38,465 nt of DNA. Source: Candidatus Woesearchaeota archaeon (GTDB lineage Archaea > Nanobdellota > Nanobdellia > Woesearchaeales > ARS49). The stretch covers positions 1 through 38,465 of the forward strand of contig JAHWHB010000013.1 of NCBI GenBank assembly GCA_019323575.1, read 5' to 3'. Each line of letters begins with the position of its first letter. The first letter of the stretch is position 1. The position numbers and the translations under genes are program-made. Shown piece by piece: positions 23,423-32,024 of the stretch. The notes under the pieces are model-generated. The model worked only from the letters and a program-made list of their open reading frames with translations, was not told where the DNA came from and did not search any database.

Positions 23423-26223
23423 TTTACCAATATCGCAGGTTTTCCCGGCATTGCTTGTTTTGCTTTTTGTTCTGGGCTTTCCTGCTCTTTTATGATTTCT
23501 ATTGGGCAGTTGAACTCTTGTTTTAAGAATGTGAGTGCATCGATTAGGTTTTGGTATTCTGCTTCTTGGTGTGCTACTTGTGTTGGTAGTTTGCTTGGGT
23601 CTTTTACTATTTTTTGGACTAGTTGTCCTGCTTCTGGGAATTCCGGCATTATTGTTTTCATTATTTCTCCCATGTCTCTTGTCTTGCTCATTATGTCTTT
23701 GAGTTTTGTAAATAACTTTGCTTTCCAGTCTTGTGCTACAAACAATGTTATCATTGTTGGTCTGTCTACTTTTGCTAGTTTTATCACTTGGCTTATGTCT
23801 TCTATTGTTTTTGACATTAGTTCTTCTGCTTGTTCTATTGATGGGTTTATCTTGCTTTCATCATAAGAAGGCCATTTCTCATTGATTATTAATCCTGGTT
23901 TTTCTATTTTGAACCATATTTCTTCGCACAGGTGTGGCGTGAATGGCTGCAGCATTATTGTTTGTGCTTCTATTACCTGGTTGATTATGTCTTTGTTTGT
24001 TTTTCCTGCTGTTCTTCTTTGATACCATTTCAAATATCTTTGCAGGTCAAAGAATCCTTTTGCTATTGCTGTTCTGTATAGTGTTTCGTCCATTGCTTTT
24101 GTTGTGTCTCTTATGCAGATGTTTAGCTGGTGTTCCATCCATTTGTCGATTTCTTTTTTTGGTTCTGAGTCTCTTTCGTGGTCTCTTGTGTAGTTTTTGA
24201 TTGCGAAGTCATACCATTGTGTTAGTTTTACTTTCATGCTTTCTGCTACTTCTGTGTCCCAGTCTGTGTCGTTCATCTCTTCTGCGTTTGTTAGTATGCT
24301 TATTCTTACTACATCTGCTCCGAATGTTTTGATGAGCTCTCTTAGTGTTTTGAATGTTCCTTTGCTTTTGCTCATCTTTGCTTTTTGTACTGTTACGTAG
24401 CCGTTTACTCCTATTCCTCTCGGCCAGCATCGTTCTGGGAATATGGCTGTGTGGTTGAATATGTAGAATGTTAAATGGTTCTGCACCAGGTCTTTTCCGC
24501 TGTTTCTGAAGTCTACTGGGTACCAGTATGTGAACTCGTGCCTCATCTCTTCAAGCAGTTTTATATCTACTTCTAGCTCGTCTGGGTTTCCTTCTCCTAA
24601 AAAGACGTAGTCGAAGAATCTGTCTTTTATCTTGCCTAGTGGTACTTTTTTGAGTTTGTGTGCTATTGTGTAGAATGCGTTGTAGATTGTGCTGTCGCTT
24701 AGGCTTTCTATTTTCCATTTTTTGTCCCAGGGGAGGTTTGTTCCCATTCCGTATTCTCTTGTGCATGCCCAGTCCCTTAGCCAGTCTATTACGTATTCGA
24801 ATTGTGGTCTGACTTTTTCTGGGTAGAGTTTCATTGTTTGGAGGCATTTCATTGCCTCTTGTTTCCATGTTGGGTCTGAGTATTTCAAAAACCATTGGTC
24901 GTCTACAATTTTGACGTGGCATCTTGCAAGGCTTCTTGTTATTACTGGGTTCATCAGCTCATACATGATTGTTGCTTTTCCTTCTGTTGTGAAGTCTTTG
25001 ATCAGTTCTGGTTTTGCTGCTTGTATGCTTTTTCCTGAGTACTTTCCTGTTTTTTCGTTTAATCTGCCGGTATGAAACTCTTTTTTGTAGACTTCGTTTG
25101 TTGCTTCCTCTAGTTTTGGGTCTTTGCTGTTGCTTATTTTCATTTGCGTGCATACTTCTATTGCCGGATGTTCTTTGTAGCCTTCTACAGAAATGAGTGA
25201 TATTGGTTTGAGTTCTTTTGTTCCTGGGTAGTTTTTGTCTTGTAGTTCTTTTAGTGCTATCCAGTCGTATGGTGCGTGGCTTGGCACGCTCATTACTACT
25301 CCTGTTCCTGTTTCTGCTGTTACGAATGTTGCGGGAAGTATTGGTATTGTTTGTCCTGTGAGTGGGTTTTCTGCTTTTGCGTCAATTAGTTCTTTTCCTG
25401 TCAGTCTTCTTTTTTCTGTTACTTGGCGTTTTTGGTCTTTTAGTTTTAGCATGCATTGTTCTGTTATTATCCAGTTTTCTCCGTCTACTTCTGCTTCTAT
25501 GTATGTTAGTTCTGGGTTTATCCAGATGTTTGTTACTCCGTATATTGTTTCTGGTCTGAATGTTGCGCACGGAAGTATCAGGTTGTCTTTTTTGAACTTG
25601 AGGAGCACCATTTCTTGTGGTGTCTCTCCTTCGCCTTCTGCTCTGTCGTGGTCTCCTACGGGCATGTTTTCTTTTGGCGACCATACCACTGGGTGTTCTC
25701 CTTTGATTACCAGTCCTTTTTTCTTAAGCGTGTTGAATTGCCATTTGATGAATTTGTCGTATCTTGGGTTTAGGTCTGTTGTTATGAAGCTTCTTCTCCA
25801 GTCTATGCTCATTCCGTAGTCTTTGATGTCTTTTTCTATTTCTTTTGAGAATGTTTTTATCCAGTGTAGTGGGTCTTCAAATGCTGGTATTTGTTCGTCT
25901 GTGAAACCCATTAGTTTTAGTGTGTTGATTTGTTTTTCTTCTTTTTCTTTTACTCTTCTTGCTGCTGCGTCTATTGGGCTTCCTGTTGCGTGGAATGCCC
26001 ACGGGAATAATACGCTGAACCCTCTTGTTCTTTTGTATCTTGCAAACGCGTCTACTCTCATGTATGTGTAGGTGTGTCCTATGTGCAGTAGTCCGTTTAC
26101 GTATGGGTATGGTGTTGTTAGCATGAATTTTGGTTTGTTCAGGTCTGCATCTGCTTCGAACACTTTTTGTGTTTTCCATCGTCTTTGCCATTTTCTGGCT
26201 AGTTTGTGGAAGTCGATTGCCAT
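23419..26223 (-). CDS. leuS: Leucyl-tRNA synthetase (archaeal type)
   Basis: The HIGH motif is PYVNGLLHIGH and the KMSKS motif is KMSKSKG. TFRPETIYGVTN is the archaeal LeuRS editing-domain signature. 934 aa. Confidence 0.95.
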   Translation of the reverse strand: MAIDFHKLARKWQRRWKTQKVFEADADLNKPKFMLTTPYPYVNGLLHIGHTYTYMRVDAFARYKRTRGFSVLFPWAFHATGSPIDAAARRVKEKEEKQINTLKLMGFTDEQIPAFEDPLHWIKTFSKEIEKDIKDYGMSIDWRRSFITTDLNPRYDKFIKWQFNTLKKKGLVIKGEHPVVWSPKENMPVGDHDRAEGEGETPQEMVLLKFKKDNLILPCATFRPETIYGVTNIWINPELTYIEAEVDGENWIITEQCMLKLKDQKRQVTEKRRLTGKELIDAKAENPLTGQTIPILPATFVTAETGTGVVMSVPSHAPYDWIALKELQDKNYPGTKELKPISLISVEGYKEHPAIEVCTQMKISNSKDPKLEEATNEVYKKEFHTGRLNEKTGKYSGKSIQAAKPELIKDFTTEGKATIMYELMNPVITRSLARCHVKIVDDQWFLKYSDPTWKQEAMKCLQTMKLYPEKVRPQFEYVIDWLRDWACTREYGMGTNLPWDKKWKIESLSDSTIYNAFYTIAHKLKKVPLGKIKDRFFDYVFLGEGNPDELEVDIKLLEEMRHEFTYWYPVDFRNSGKDLVQNHLTFYIFNHTAIFPERCWPRGIGVNGYVTVQKAKMSKSKGTFKTLRELIKTFGADVVRISILTNAEEMNDTDWDTEVAESMKVKLTQWYDFAIKNYTRDHERDSEPKKEIDKWMEHQLNICIRDTTKAMDETLYRTAIAKGFFDLQRYLKWYQRRTAGKTNKDIINQVIEAQTIMLQPFTPHLCEEIWFKIEKPGLIINEKWPSYDESKINPSIEQAEELMSKTIEDISQVIKLAKVDRPTMITLFVAQDWKAKLFTKLKDIMSKTRDMGEIMKTIMPEFPEAGQLVQKIVKDPSKLPTQVAHQEAEYQNLIDALTFLKQEFNCPIEIIKEQESPEQKAKQAMPGKPAILVK

Positions 26224-26304
26224 ACCTTTTATCTTTGATAGCTTTCTTAAAAAGGTTGCGATGGAAAAACTTATATAAAGCAGGTTAGACGGTGTTCTTA
26301 GGGT

Positions 26305-26377
26305 GGCGAGGTAGCCAAGCGGCTAAGGCAACAGGCTGCAACCCTGTCATTCGGGGGTTCGAGTCCCTCCCTCGCCT
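26305..26377 (+). tRNA. tRNA-Cys (GCA)
   Basis: Acceptor GGCGAGG/CCTCGCC with discriminator U73. Anticodon arm ACAGG-CTGCAAC-CCTGT. T loop TTCGAGT. TATA (CTTATATAAAG, about 26269-26279) lies about 26-36 nt upstream. Confidence 0.9.
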
Positions 26378-26385
26378 TTTTTTTT
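26378..26385 (+). terminator. Oligo-T terminator after tRNA-Cys
   Basis: An uninterrupted T run immediately follows the discriminator base. This is a typical archaeal termination signal. Confidence 0.6.
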
Positions 26386-26423
26386 CGCAATTCTTTTAAA
26401 GCGCTCGAGTGGAATTCTTGTAC

Positions 26424-27197
26424 ATGAAGGTCTTAATCCATAAGGAGAAGCGGGAGGTTGTTGATGGCAGGGAGTTTGTTGTAGCTAAGAGCCGTCAGTA
26501 TTTTGTTAGTGACCTTTCTAAGGATGTTAGTACTCTTTATGGGACTATTCCAAAATCAGAGCTTTCCAAGCCTTCTGGCAGTGTTGTTAAGTCTGATACT
26601 GGCAAGGATTTTTTCCTGCTTGATGCTTCTTATATTGACATATACAAGCGTTTTCGAAAACTGCCTCAGACCATTCCTCTGAAAGACATTGGTCTTATCA
26701 TCGGTGAAACCGGTATTAATAACGATTCTATTGTTGTTGATGGCGGTCTTGGCTCTGGTGCTTTGGCTGCTGCTCTTGCTCATGTTGCCAAGCACGTTAC
26801 TAGTTATGAAGTGAGGGATGATTGTATTGAGACTGCTGAGGCTAACATCAAGAAGCTCGGCTTAACCAATATTTCTGTGAAAAAGAAGTCTCTTTATGAT
26901 GGCATTGATGAGTCTGATGTCGACCTTATCACTTTGGACTTGCCTGAGCCTTGGAAAGTTGTCCAGCACGCTTCCAAAGCTTTGAAAACAGGCGGTTTTC
27001 TTATCAGCTACTCTCCTAGTGTTCCTCAGGTTCAGGATTTTGTTAATGAGCTGCACAAGAATGACCAGTTGTTATACCTTAAAACAGTAGAACTTATTGA
27101 GCGTTTGTGGGAGATTGAGGGTAGAAGAGTCCGTCCTAAAAGTACAGGTATAGGTCATTCTGGTTTTATTGTTTTTGCTAGAAAAATCAAACTTTAA
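26424..27197 (+). CDS. trmI: tRNA (adenine58-N1)-methyltransferase TrmI (Gcd14 family)
   Basis: The SAM motif is VVDGGLGSGALAAALA, followed by DLITLDLPEPWKVV and GGFLISYSPSVPQV, typical of TrmI. I prefer the ATG at 26424, with TATA-like TTCTTTTAAAG 23-33 nt upstream. Confidence 0.8.
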   Translation: MKVLIHKEKREVVDGREFVVAKSRQYFVSDLSKDVSTLYGTIPKSELSKPSGSVVKSDTGKDFFLLDASYIDIYKRFRKLPQTIPLKDIGLIIGETGINNDSIVVDGGLGSGALAAALAHVAKHVTSYEVRDDCIETAEANIKKLGLTNISVKKKSLYDGIDESDVDLITLDLPEPWKVVQHASKALKTGGFLISYSPSVPQVQDFVNELHKNDQLLYLKTVELIERLWEIEGRRVRPKSTGIGHSGFIVFARKIKL

Positions 27198-27216
27198 ATT
27201 CGAAGAATTCTAAAGG

Positions 27217-27236
27217 CTCGTGAACTTGTTCACGAG
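27217..27236. terminator. Inverted repeat between convergent trmI and the DUF885 gene
   Basis: CTCGTGAAC (27217-27225) - TT - GTTCACGAG (27228-27236). The right arm overlaps the stop region of the minus-strand gene. Confidence 0.35.
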
Positions 27237-28828
27237 AGCTTAAACTTCTTTCTCAGTCTTCTCTCGAATATGCTTCTTGCTGGGAATCCGCTGCTTGCCA
27301 CGTATGTGTTGAATTCTTTTTGTGTGTATCCTTTTTTGATGGCTTTTGCTTGGTATTCTTTTAGTTTTTGTCCGAATATGCTGTATGTTGGTGCGTATCC
27401 TGGCATTCTTTGGAAGTGGAATATTAAATCAAAGATTGCTTTTTTGCTTAGTCCTGTTTTTTTGTGTGCCCATTCTATGAACTCAGGGAAGGTCTGCACT
27501 TCTCTGTTCAGTCTTGAGTCGCTTACTGCTCGTAGGAATCTTCCCATTCTCCAGTGCATTACTACAAATTTTTCTGCGTCTACAAAGTCTTTGTATGGCA
27601 CGTATTTTTCTATCTCTTTTTTTGCTTCTTTGTCTGTTTTTTTTTCAAATGTTTTGACTGATTCTAGTTCTCTGTAGAATGATAGTCCTTCTGTTATTGG
27701 TATGCATAGTGTTGATTCTATGATTTCTATTTTTCTGTTTTTGCTGGTGCAGATGTTCATGAAGTTTACACAGTGTCCGTATTCTTCGTGGATTATGATT
27801 TGTGCCGCGTCTGGTAAAGAGTTTGGTGGGCTTGCTCTTGGGTCTGTTGTTGTGTAGAACAGGCAGTGTGGTTTTCCAAGCGCGCCGAATGCCTGCATTG
27901 CTCCTGTGGGCATGAATGGGACGAGGTAGCTTGGCGTTTCTATTAGTTTTACGTTGTATTTTGGTGTTATTTTTACCCATTCTTTTTCTGCTACTTTTTG
28001 TAGTGTTTTTCTTAGTTTTTTTATTTCTGGTATGAGTTTCTTTAATGGTATTGCTTGGTGTTTTTTTATTGCTTTGTCTATTTCTTCTGCTGTTGGCTTG
28101 CACTTGTATTTTCTGGCTAGTTTGTTTATTATCTTGTTGAACTCTGGGAGTTCTTGTTCTATCCATTTTACTGCTAGTTGTTCTATTTGTTCTGGTGTTT
28201 CTGTGTAATCGTACAAATCTTTAAGATATGAGTTGTATGTTTTTTTTCTTCCGAGCCCTTTTGATTTTTTTTGTAGTATTGGGTATATTTCTTTGTAGTC
28301 TTTTGTTTTTAATTTGAGTTTTGTTGTTTTGTTTTTCCAGTCTTCTATTCTTTTTTGTAGTGCCGTTAATGCTTGTTTTGTTTCTCCTTTTGTTTTTTTC
28401 TTTATGGTTTCCAGTATTGCTTTTGCTCCGTCGCATTGTTGTATTGTGAATATCTGGATTTCTATCGGCCATTTTTTGTTTGTTGTCTCTTCTTGGACTG
28501 CCAGCAGGTTGATGCTTTGTTCTGCCAGTGTCAATATTCTTTTTTCTTTGATTCCTTCTAGTATCAGATGTGCGAAGAAGATGTCTAGTATTTCTCCTGG
28601 TGGCCTGTGTGGTTCTTCAAACATCAGGTCGCGTTTTATCGCTTTTAGGAATTTTTTTGTTACCTCGTCTGCTTTTTTCTCTATTTTTTGTATTCTTGCG
28701 AGTGTGTTTTTTTTGTTGTGGTGTGATGGTATCCAGATTTGGCCTGCGTATTGTTTTAGTCCTGCTATGTATGCTAGTATTGGGTATGTCTCTTTCCAGA
28801 TTTGTATTGCCTCTTTTTCTGCGTTCAT
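27230..28828 (-). CDS. DUF885-family putative zinc metallopeptidase
   Basis: HExxH motif IIIHEEYGHCVNF, then ITEGLSFYRE, RFLRAVSDSRL and QRMPGYAPTYSIFGQ...G. These follow the DUF885 pattern (HE..GH, EG..Y.E, R..RA..D, PG.A..Y..G). Confidence 0.6.
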   Translation of the reverse strand: MNAEKEAIQIWKETYPILAYIAGLKQYAGQIWIPSHHNKKNTLARIQKIEKKADEVTKKFLKAIKRDLMFEEPHRPPGEILDIFFAHLILEGIKEKRILTLAEQSINLLAVQEETTNKKWPIEIQIFTIQQCDGAKAILETIKKKTKGETKQALTALQKRIEDWKNKTTKLKLKTKDYKEIYPILQKKSKGLGRKKTYNSYLKDLYDYTETPEQIEQLAVKWIEQELPEFNKIINKLARKYKCKPTAEEIDKAIKKHQAIPLKKLIPEIKKLRKTLQKVAEKEWVKITPKYNVKLIETPSYLVPFMPTGAMQAFGALGKPHCLFYTTTDPRASPPNSLPDAAQIIIHEEYGHCVNFMNICTSKNRKIEIIESTLCIPITEGLSFYRELESVKTFEKKTDKEAKKEIEKYVPYKDFVDAEKFVVMHWRMGRFLRAVSDSRLNREVQTFPEFIEWAHKKTGLSKKAIFDLIFHFQRMPGYAPTYSIFGQKLKEYQAKAIKKGYTQKEFNTYVASSGFPARSIFERRLRKKFKLS

Positions 28829-28846
28829 ATTTTTTTCTCCAATATC

Positions 28847-28858
28847 TTTTTATAAAAA
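28847..28858. promoter_or_regulatory. Perfectly palindromic TATA element shared by two divergent leaderless genes
   Basis: TTTTTATAAAAA is its own reverse complement. Its centre (28852/28853) is 24.5 nt from both the minus-strand ATG (28828) and the plus-strand ATG (28877). Confidence 0.6.
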
Positions 28859-28876
28859 CCTTTCCTTCTGTAATGC

Positions 28877-29449
28877 ATGCGTAAGCTTGTTCGTAAGGAG
28901 GCTCGTGTTATTGGTATTGATGATGGTCCTTTTTTCAAGTTTAGGAGGGGCAGGGTTCTTGTCGTCGGCACTATTTATCGGGGCGGCAGTTATATGGATG
29001 GTGTTGTCTCTACTGCCGCTAAGGTTGATGGTTCTGACAGCACGGTTAACATCGCTCGTATGATTAATAAGTGTAAGTTTAAGTCTCAGCTTCGTTGTAT
29101 TTTTTTGAATGGTATTGGTGTTGGTGGTTTTAACATTATTGACCTGCCTAGGTTGTCTAAGCTTACTAAGATTCCTGTTATTGCTGTTACTCGCCGGTTT
29201 CCTGACATTCCTTTTATCATAAAAACACTAGTCAACCTGAGAATGTCTAAGAAAGTCAAGCTTATTACCCAGCTTCCTCAGCCTGTTAAGGTTGGTGATG
29301 TTTATGTTCAGGTTATCAATATGGATTTGGAGCGCGCAAAGCAGTATCTTAAGCTTACAACCTTGCATTCTTACATTCCAGAACCTTTAAGAATTGCGCA
29401 TATTATTGCTGCTGGTATTGTTAAAGGAGAAAGCAGAGGGAGGGCGTAA
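28877..29449 (+). CDS. DUF99 / UPF0215 family protein (endonuclease V-like fold)
   Basis: The N-terminal RVIGIDDGPF is the DUF99 hallmark. About 190 aa. Confidence 0.75.
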   Translation: MRKLVRKEARVIGIDDGPFFKFRRGRVLVVGTIYRGGSYMDGVVSTAAKVDGSDSTVNIARMINKCKFKSQLRCIFLNGIGVGGFNIIDLPRLSKLTKIPVIAVTRRFPDIPFIIKTLVNLRMSKKVKLITQLPQPVKVGDVYVQVINMDLERAKQYLKLTTLHSYIPEPLRIAHIIAAGIVKGESRGRA

Positions 29450-29450
29450 A

Positions 29451-29729
29451 ATGAATTGGTTTGTTATATATCCTCAGAAGAATAAGGAAATAATTAAACA
29501 GGAGTTTGATAAACTCCAGCTTAAAGATTTTGAAGTGGGTGTGATTATCATTGATGCTGCAGATGAATATGTTGAATTTGTTAATAAAAATCTGAAATAC
29601 ACTGGTCACATTAACACTTCTTCTGTAGAGAATTTGTTGGACACAATAGAGAGCATGGGTGGTGTGGATGATGATGATTTGTATGTTCTCAAAAATGGGA
29701 AAATAACTCATAAGAAAGTGAAATTTTAG
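29451..29729 (+). CDS. Hypothetical small acidic protein (92 aa), compositionally atypical
   Basis: The ATG lies 1 nt after the DUF99 stop, preceded by the SD-like GAGGGAGGG. Unlike other + strand genes it prefers AAA over AAG (9 vs 3 by my reading) and uses ATA and GAA. I recognise no family. Confidence 0.45.
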   Translation: MNWFVIYPQKNKEIIKQEFDKLQLKDFEVGVIIIDAADEYVEFVNKNLKYTGHINTSSVENLLDTIESMGGVDDDDLYVLKNGKITHKKVKF

Positions 29730-31480
29730 ACGTAATACAGCTTTCCTGTTTCTCTTTGTTCTCTGTCTAGTCTGCTTTCTGGTTTGTTGATTCTTGGTCT
29801 GTTTGTTTCTTTGTCTCTTCGCATTGTTATCTTTAGGTCTGTTAGGAATTTGTTCATTCCTTGTTCCATTGAGAATGGTCCTTCTACTTTTCCTTGTTTT
29901 GCTGGTTTTCCGTCAAATACTATTAGCTTGTCAGAAAGATAATCTATGAACAGTAAGTCGTGGTCCACTATTAGTATGCTTACTCCTCTTTGTTCTGCTA
30001 TGTCTCTGATTACTTTGCTGAAAGCCAGTCTTTGTTCGATGTCTAGATAGGCGCTTGGCTCGTCTAATAAGTACAAGTCTGCTGGCTGTGAGAGGCATCT
30101 TGCTATTGCTACTCTTTGCAGCTCTCCTCCTGACAATGTGTTTAGTGGTTTCAGAAGTAAATTGTGTATCTCTAACGGTTTTACTATTTGGTTGTTGTAT
30201 TTTTCTACTGCTTGTTTTAGTACTGTCATGACTATTTCTTCGCTGCTGGCTTCTAGGTATTGTGGTTTGTATGATACTTTTATTTTTGTGTCTACTTCTC
30301 CTTTGTCTGGGTTTATCTCTCCTGCTAGTATTTTTACAAATGTTGTTTTTCCTATTCCGTTCTCGCCTAATATGCCTAGTATTTGGTTTCTTCCTATGTT
30401 TCCTTCTTTTGCGTTTAGGTGGAAGCTTCCTAGTGTTTTTTGTATATCTCCCCAGTTTGTTAGTGTTACTTTGCTGATTGGTTTTGGTGGTGGTTTTGAT
30501 GTGAATGCTATTTTGTGGTCTCTGAATCTCATGTTTTCGTCTGCTATGAATCCGTCTAGGTAGATGTTCATTCCTGTTCGTGTTGTTTTTGGAAGGCTTA
30601 CTATTCCGTATGCTCCTTCTTTTCCGTACATTATGTGTAACAAATCCGTCATATAATCCAGAATTATCAAATCGTGCTCTACTACTAATACTGCTGTTTT
30701 TTCGTCTGCTAGTGTTTTGATGAATTTGCTTACTCTTATTCTTTGTTTTATGTCAAGATAAGAAGATGGCTCGTCGAAGATGTACAGGTTTGCTTTTCTT
30801 AGTACTGTTGCTGCTATTGCTGTTCTTTGTAGTTCTCCTCCTGATACTTGTGTTATGTCTCTGTCCAGCACTTCTCTGAGGTCTAGCGCATCTACGACTT
30901 CATCGAACTTTCCTGTTTCGTCTACTTTTTTGAGTAAGTCTGCTACTTTTCCTTTCATTGCTTGTGGTATTAGTTCTACGTGTTGTGGTTTGTATGAGAC
31001 TTTGATTTTTCCGTCTCTTACTGCTTCGAAGTATGTTTGTGCTTCTTTGCCTTTGAAGAATTTGACCAGTTCTTTCCATTCTGTTTCTTTGTCTGTTCCT
31101 AGGTTTGGTTTTAGTGTTCCTGCTAGTATTTTGATTGCTGTTGATTTTCCTATTCCGTTTTTGCCTACTATTCCTACTACTTTGCCGAATAGTGGTGTTG
31201 GTAGAGAATAAAGGTGGAATCCGTTTGGTCCGTATCTGTGGATTGGGTTTTCTAGTTGTTCTGGTAGGTTTATGATGTCTATTGCTTCGAATGGGCATCT
31301 GTTTGGGCAGATTCCGCATCCTGTGCATAGTGTTTCATCTATTTTGGGCTTTTTTTCTGGTGTTTCTGTTAGTATGCAGTCCTTGCCTTCCATGTTGACC
31401 GGGCAGACTCTTGCGCATAGGAAGCCTCCGCATCCTTGCGGGTTGCACCGGTCTTTTCTTACTATGGCTATTCGTGGCAT
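29726..31480 (-). CDS. ABCE1 / RNase L inhibitor-type ribosome recycling ATPase
   Basis: The N-terminal double 4Fe-4S domain is CNPQGCGGFLCARVCP...CTGCGICPNRCP. It has two ABC cassettes (GIVGKNGIGKST, LSGGELQR; GILGENGIGKTT, LSGGELQR). Confidence 0.95.
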   Translation of the reverse strand: MPRIAIVRKDRCNPQGCGGFLCARVCPVNMEGKDCILTETPEKKPKIDETLCTGCGICPNRCPFEAIDIINLPEQLENPIHRYGPNGFHLYSLPTPLFGKVVGIVGKNGIGKSTAIKILAGTLKPNLGTDKETEWKELVKFFKGKEAQTYFEAVRDGKIKVSYKPQHVELIPQAMKGKVADLLKKVDETGKFDEVVDALDLREVLDRDITQVSGGELQRTAIAATVLRKANLYIFDEPSSYLDIKQRIRVSKFIKTLADEKTAVLVVEHDLIILDYMTDLLHIMYGKEGAYGIVSLPKTTRTGMNIYLDGFIADENMRFRDHKIAFTSKPPPKPISKVTLTNWGDIQKTLGSFHLNAKEGNIGRNQILGILGENGIGKTTFVKILAGEINPDKGEVDTKIKVSYKPQYLEASSEEIVMTVLKQAVEKYNNQIVKPLEIHNLLLKPLNTLSGGELQRVAIARCLSQPADLYLLDEPSAYLDIEQRLAFSKVIRDIAEQRGVSILIVDHDLLFIDYLSDKLIVFDGKPAKQGKVEGPFSMEQGMNKFLTDLKITMRRDKETNRPRINKPESRLDREQRETGKLYYV

Positions 31481-31514
31481 ATTATCTGTTACGAGAAAGT
31501 GAGTTTTTAAAGGT

Positions 31515-31814
31515 TTAGCCTAGTCCTGGTCTTGTGTCTAGTTGTCCATATGCTAGTTTGTTTCCTCTTCTGCCAACGCTGTACATTTGTTGGCATCTGT
31601 TGTTGCAGGTCTCGTCTGTCATCTGTCTGCTTTTTACTTTTAGTTGTTGTATTTGTATTCCAACAGGATTGCCGTAGAAGTCGCGTTGTTCTATGACGCA
31701 TTCGCATCCTGTTCTGACTTGTGCTGCTCCTGTAATTTGTAGTCCTACTAGTGATGTCGCCCCTACTATTAAGACTCCGATAAGAACTATCACCGTCACC
31801 GCTTTTTCTTGCAT
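31515..31814 (-). CDS. Small secreted or membrane-anchored Cys-containing protein (99 aa)
   Basis: N-terminal hydrophobic helix AVTVIVLIGVLIVGATSLVGL. The mature part contains C-x-C and C-x3-C. Its own TATA (CCTTTTAAAC on the minus strand, about 31838-31848) lies 24-34 nt upstream. I recognise no family. Confidence 0.5.
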   Translation of the reverse strand: MQEKAVTVIVLIGVLIVGATSLVGLQITGAAQVRTGCECVIEQRDFYGNPVGIQIQQLKVKSRQMTDETCNNRCQQMYSVGRRGNKLAYGQLDTRPGLG

Positions 31815-31855
31815 TTTATGTATTAATGATTTGTTGTTTAAAAGGTTTTTGATAG

Positions 31856-31940
31856 AGCCTCCGGGGGGAGTTGCACCCCCGACCTGCTGATTGCTTGGTC
31901 TCTTACAAGTCAGCCGCTATGGCTACTAAGCTACGGAGGC
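31856..31940 (-). tRNA. tRNA-Thr (UGU) with a 12-nt intron at 37/38 (31892-31903)
   Basis: Acceptor GCCTCCG/CGGAGGC. Anticodon stem GCTGA/TCAGC encloses 19 nt: CTTGTA | AGAGACCAAGCA | A. Positions 32-35 (CTTG) pair with the intron's CAAG, leaving a 3-nt bulge (CA|A), a relaxed BHB. The T loop reads TGCAACT. Confidence 0.8.
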
Positions 31941-32024
31941 ATAGTAGTTATTCACTCAAACAGACACTATAAAAAGCTTTTCCTGACGCAAACTTTATAA
32001 AACAATCCATTCAGCGTTTGTGTT

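Noticed and set aside
28314-29063. 249-aa + strand ORF
   Set aside because: It is antisense to the DUF885 gene and runs through the divergent promoter into the DUF99 gene in another frame. The translation is F/S/C/L-rich. Artefact.
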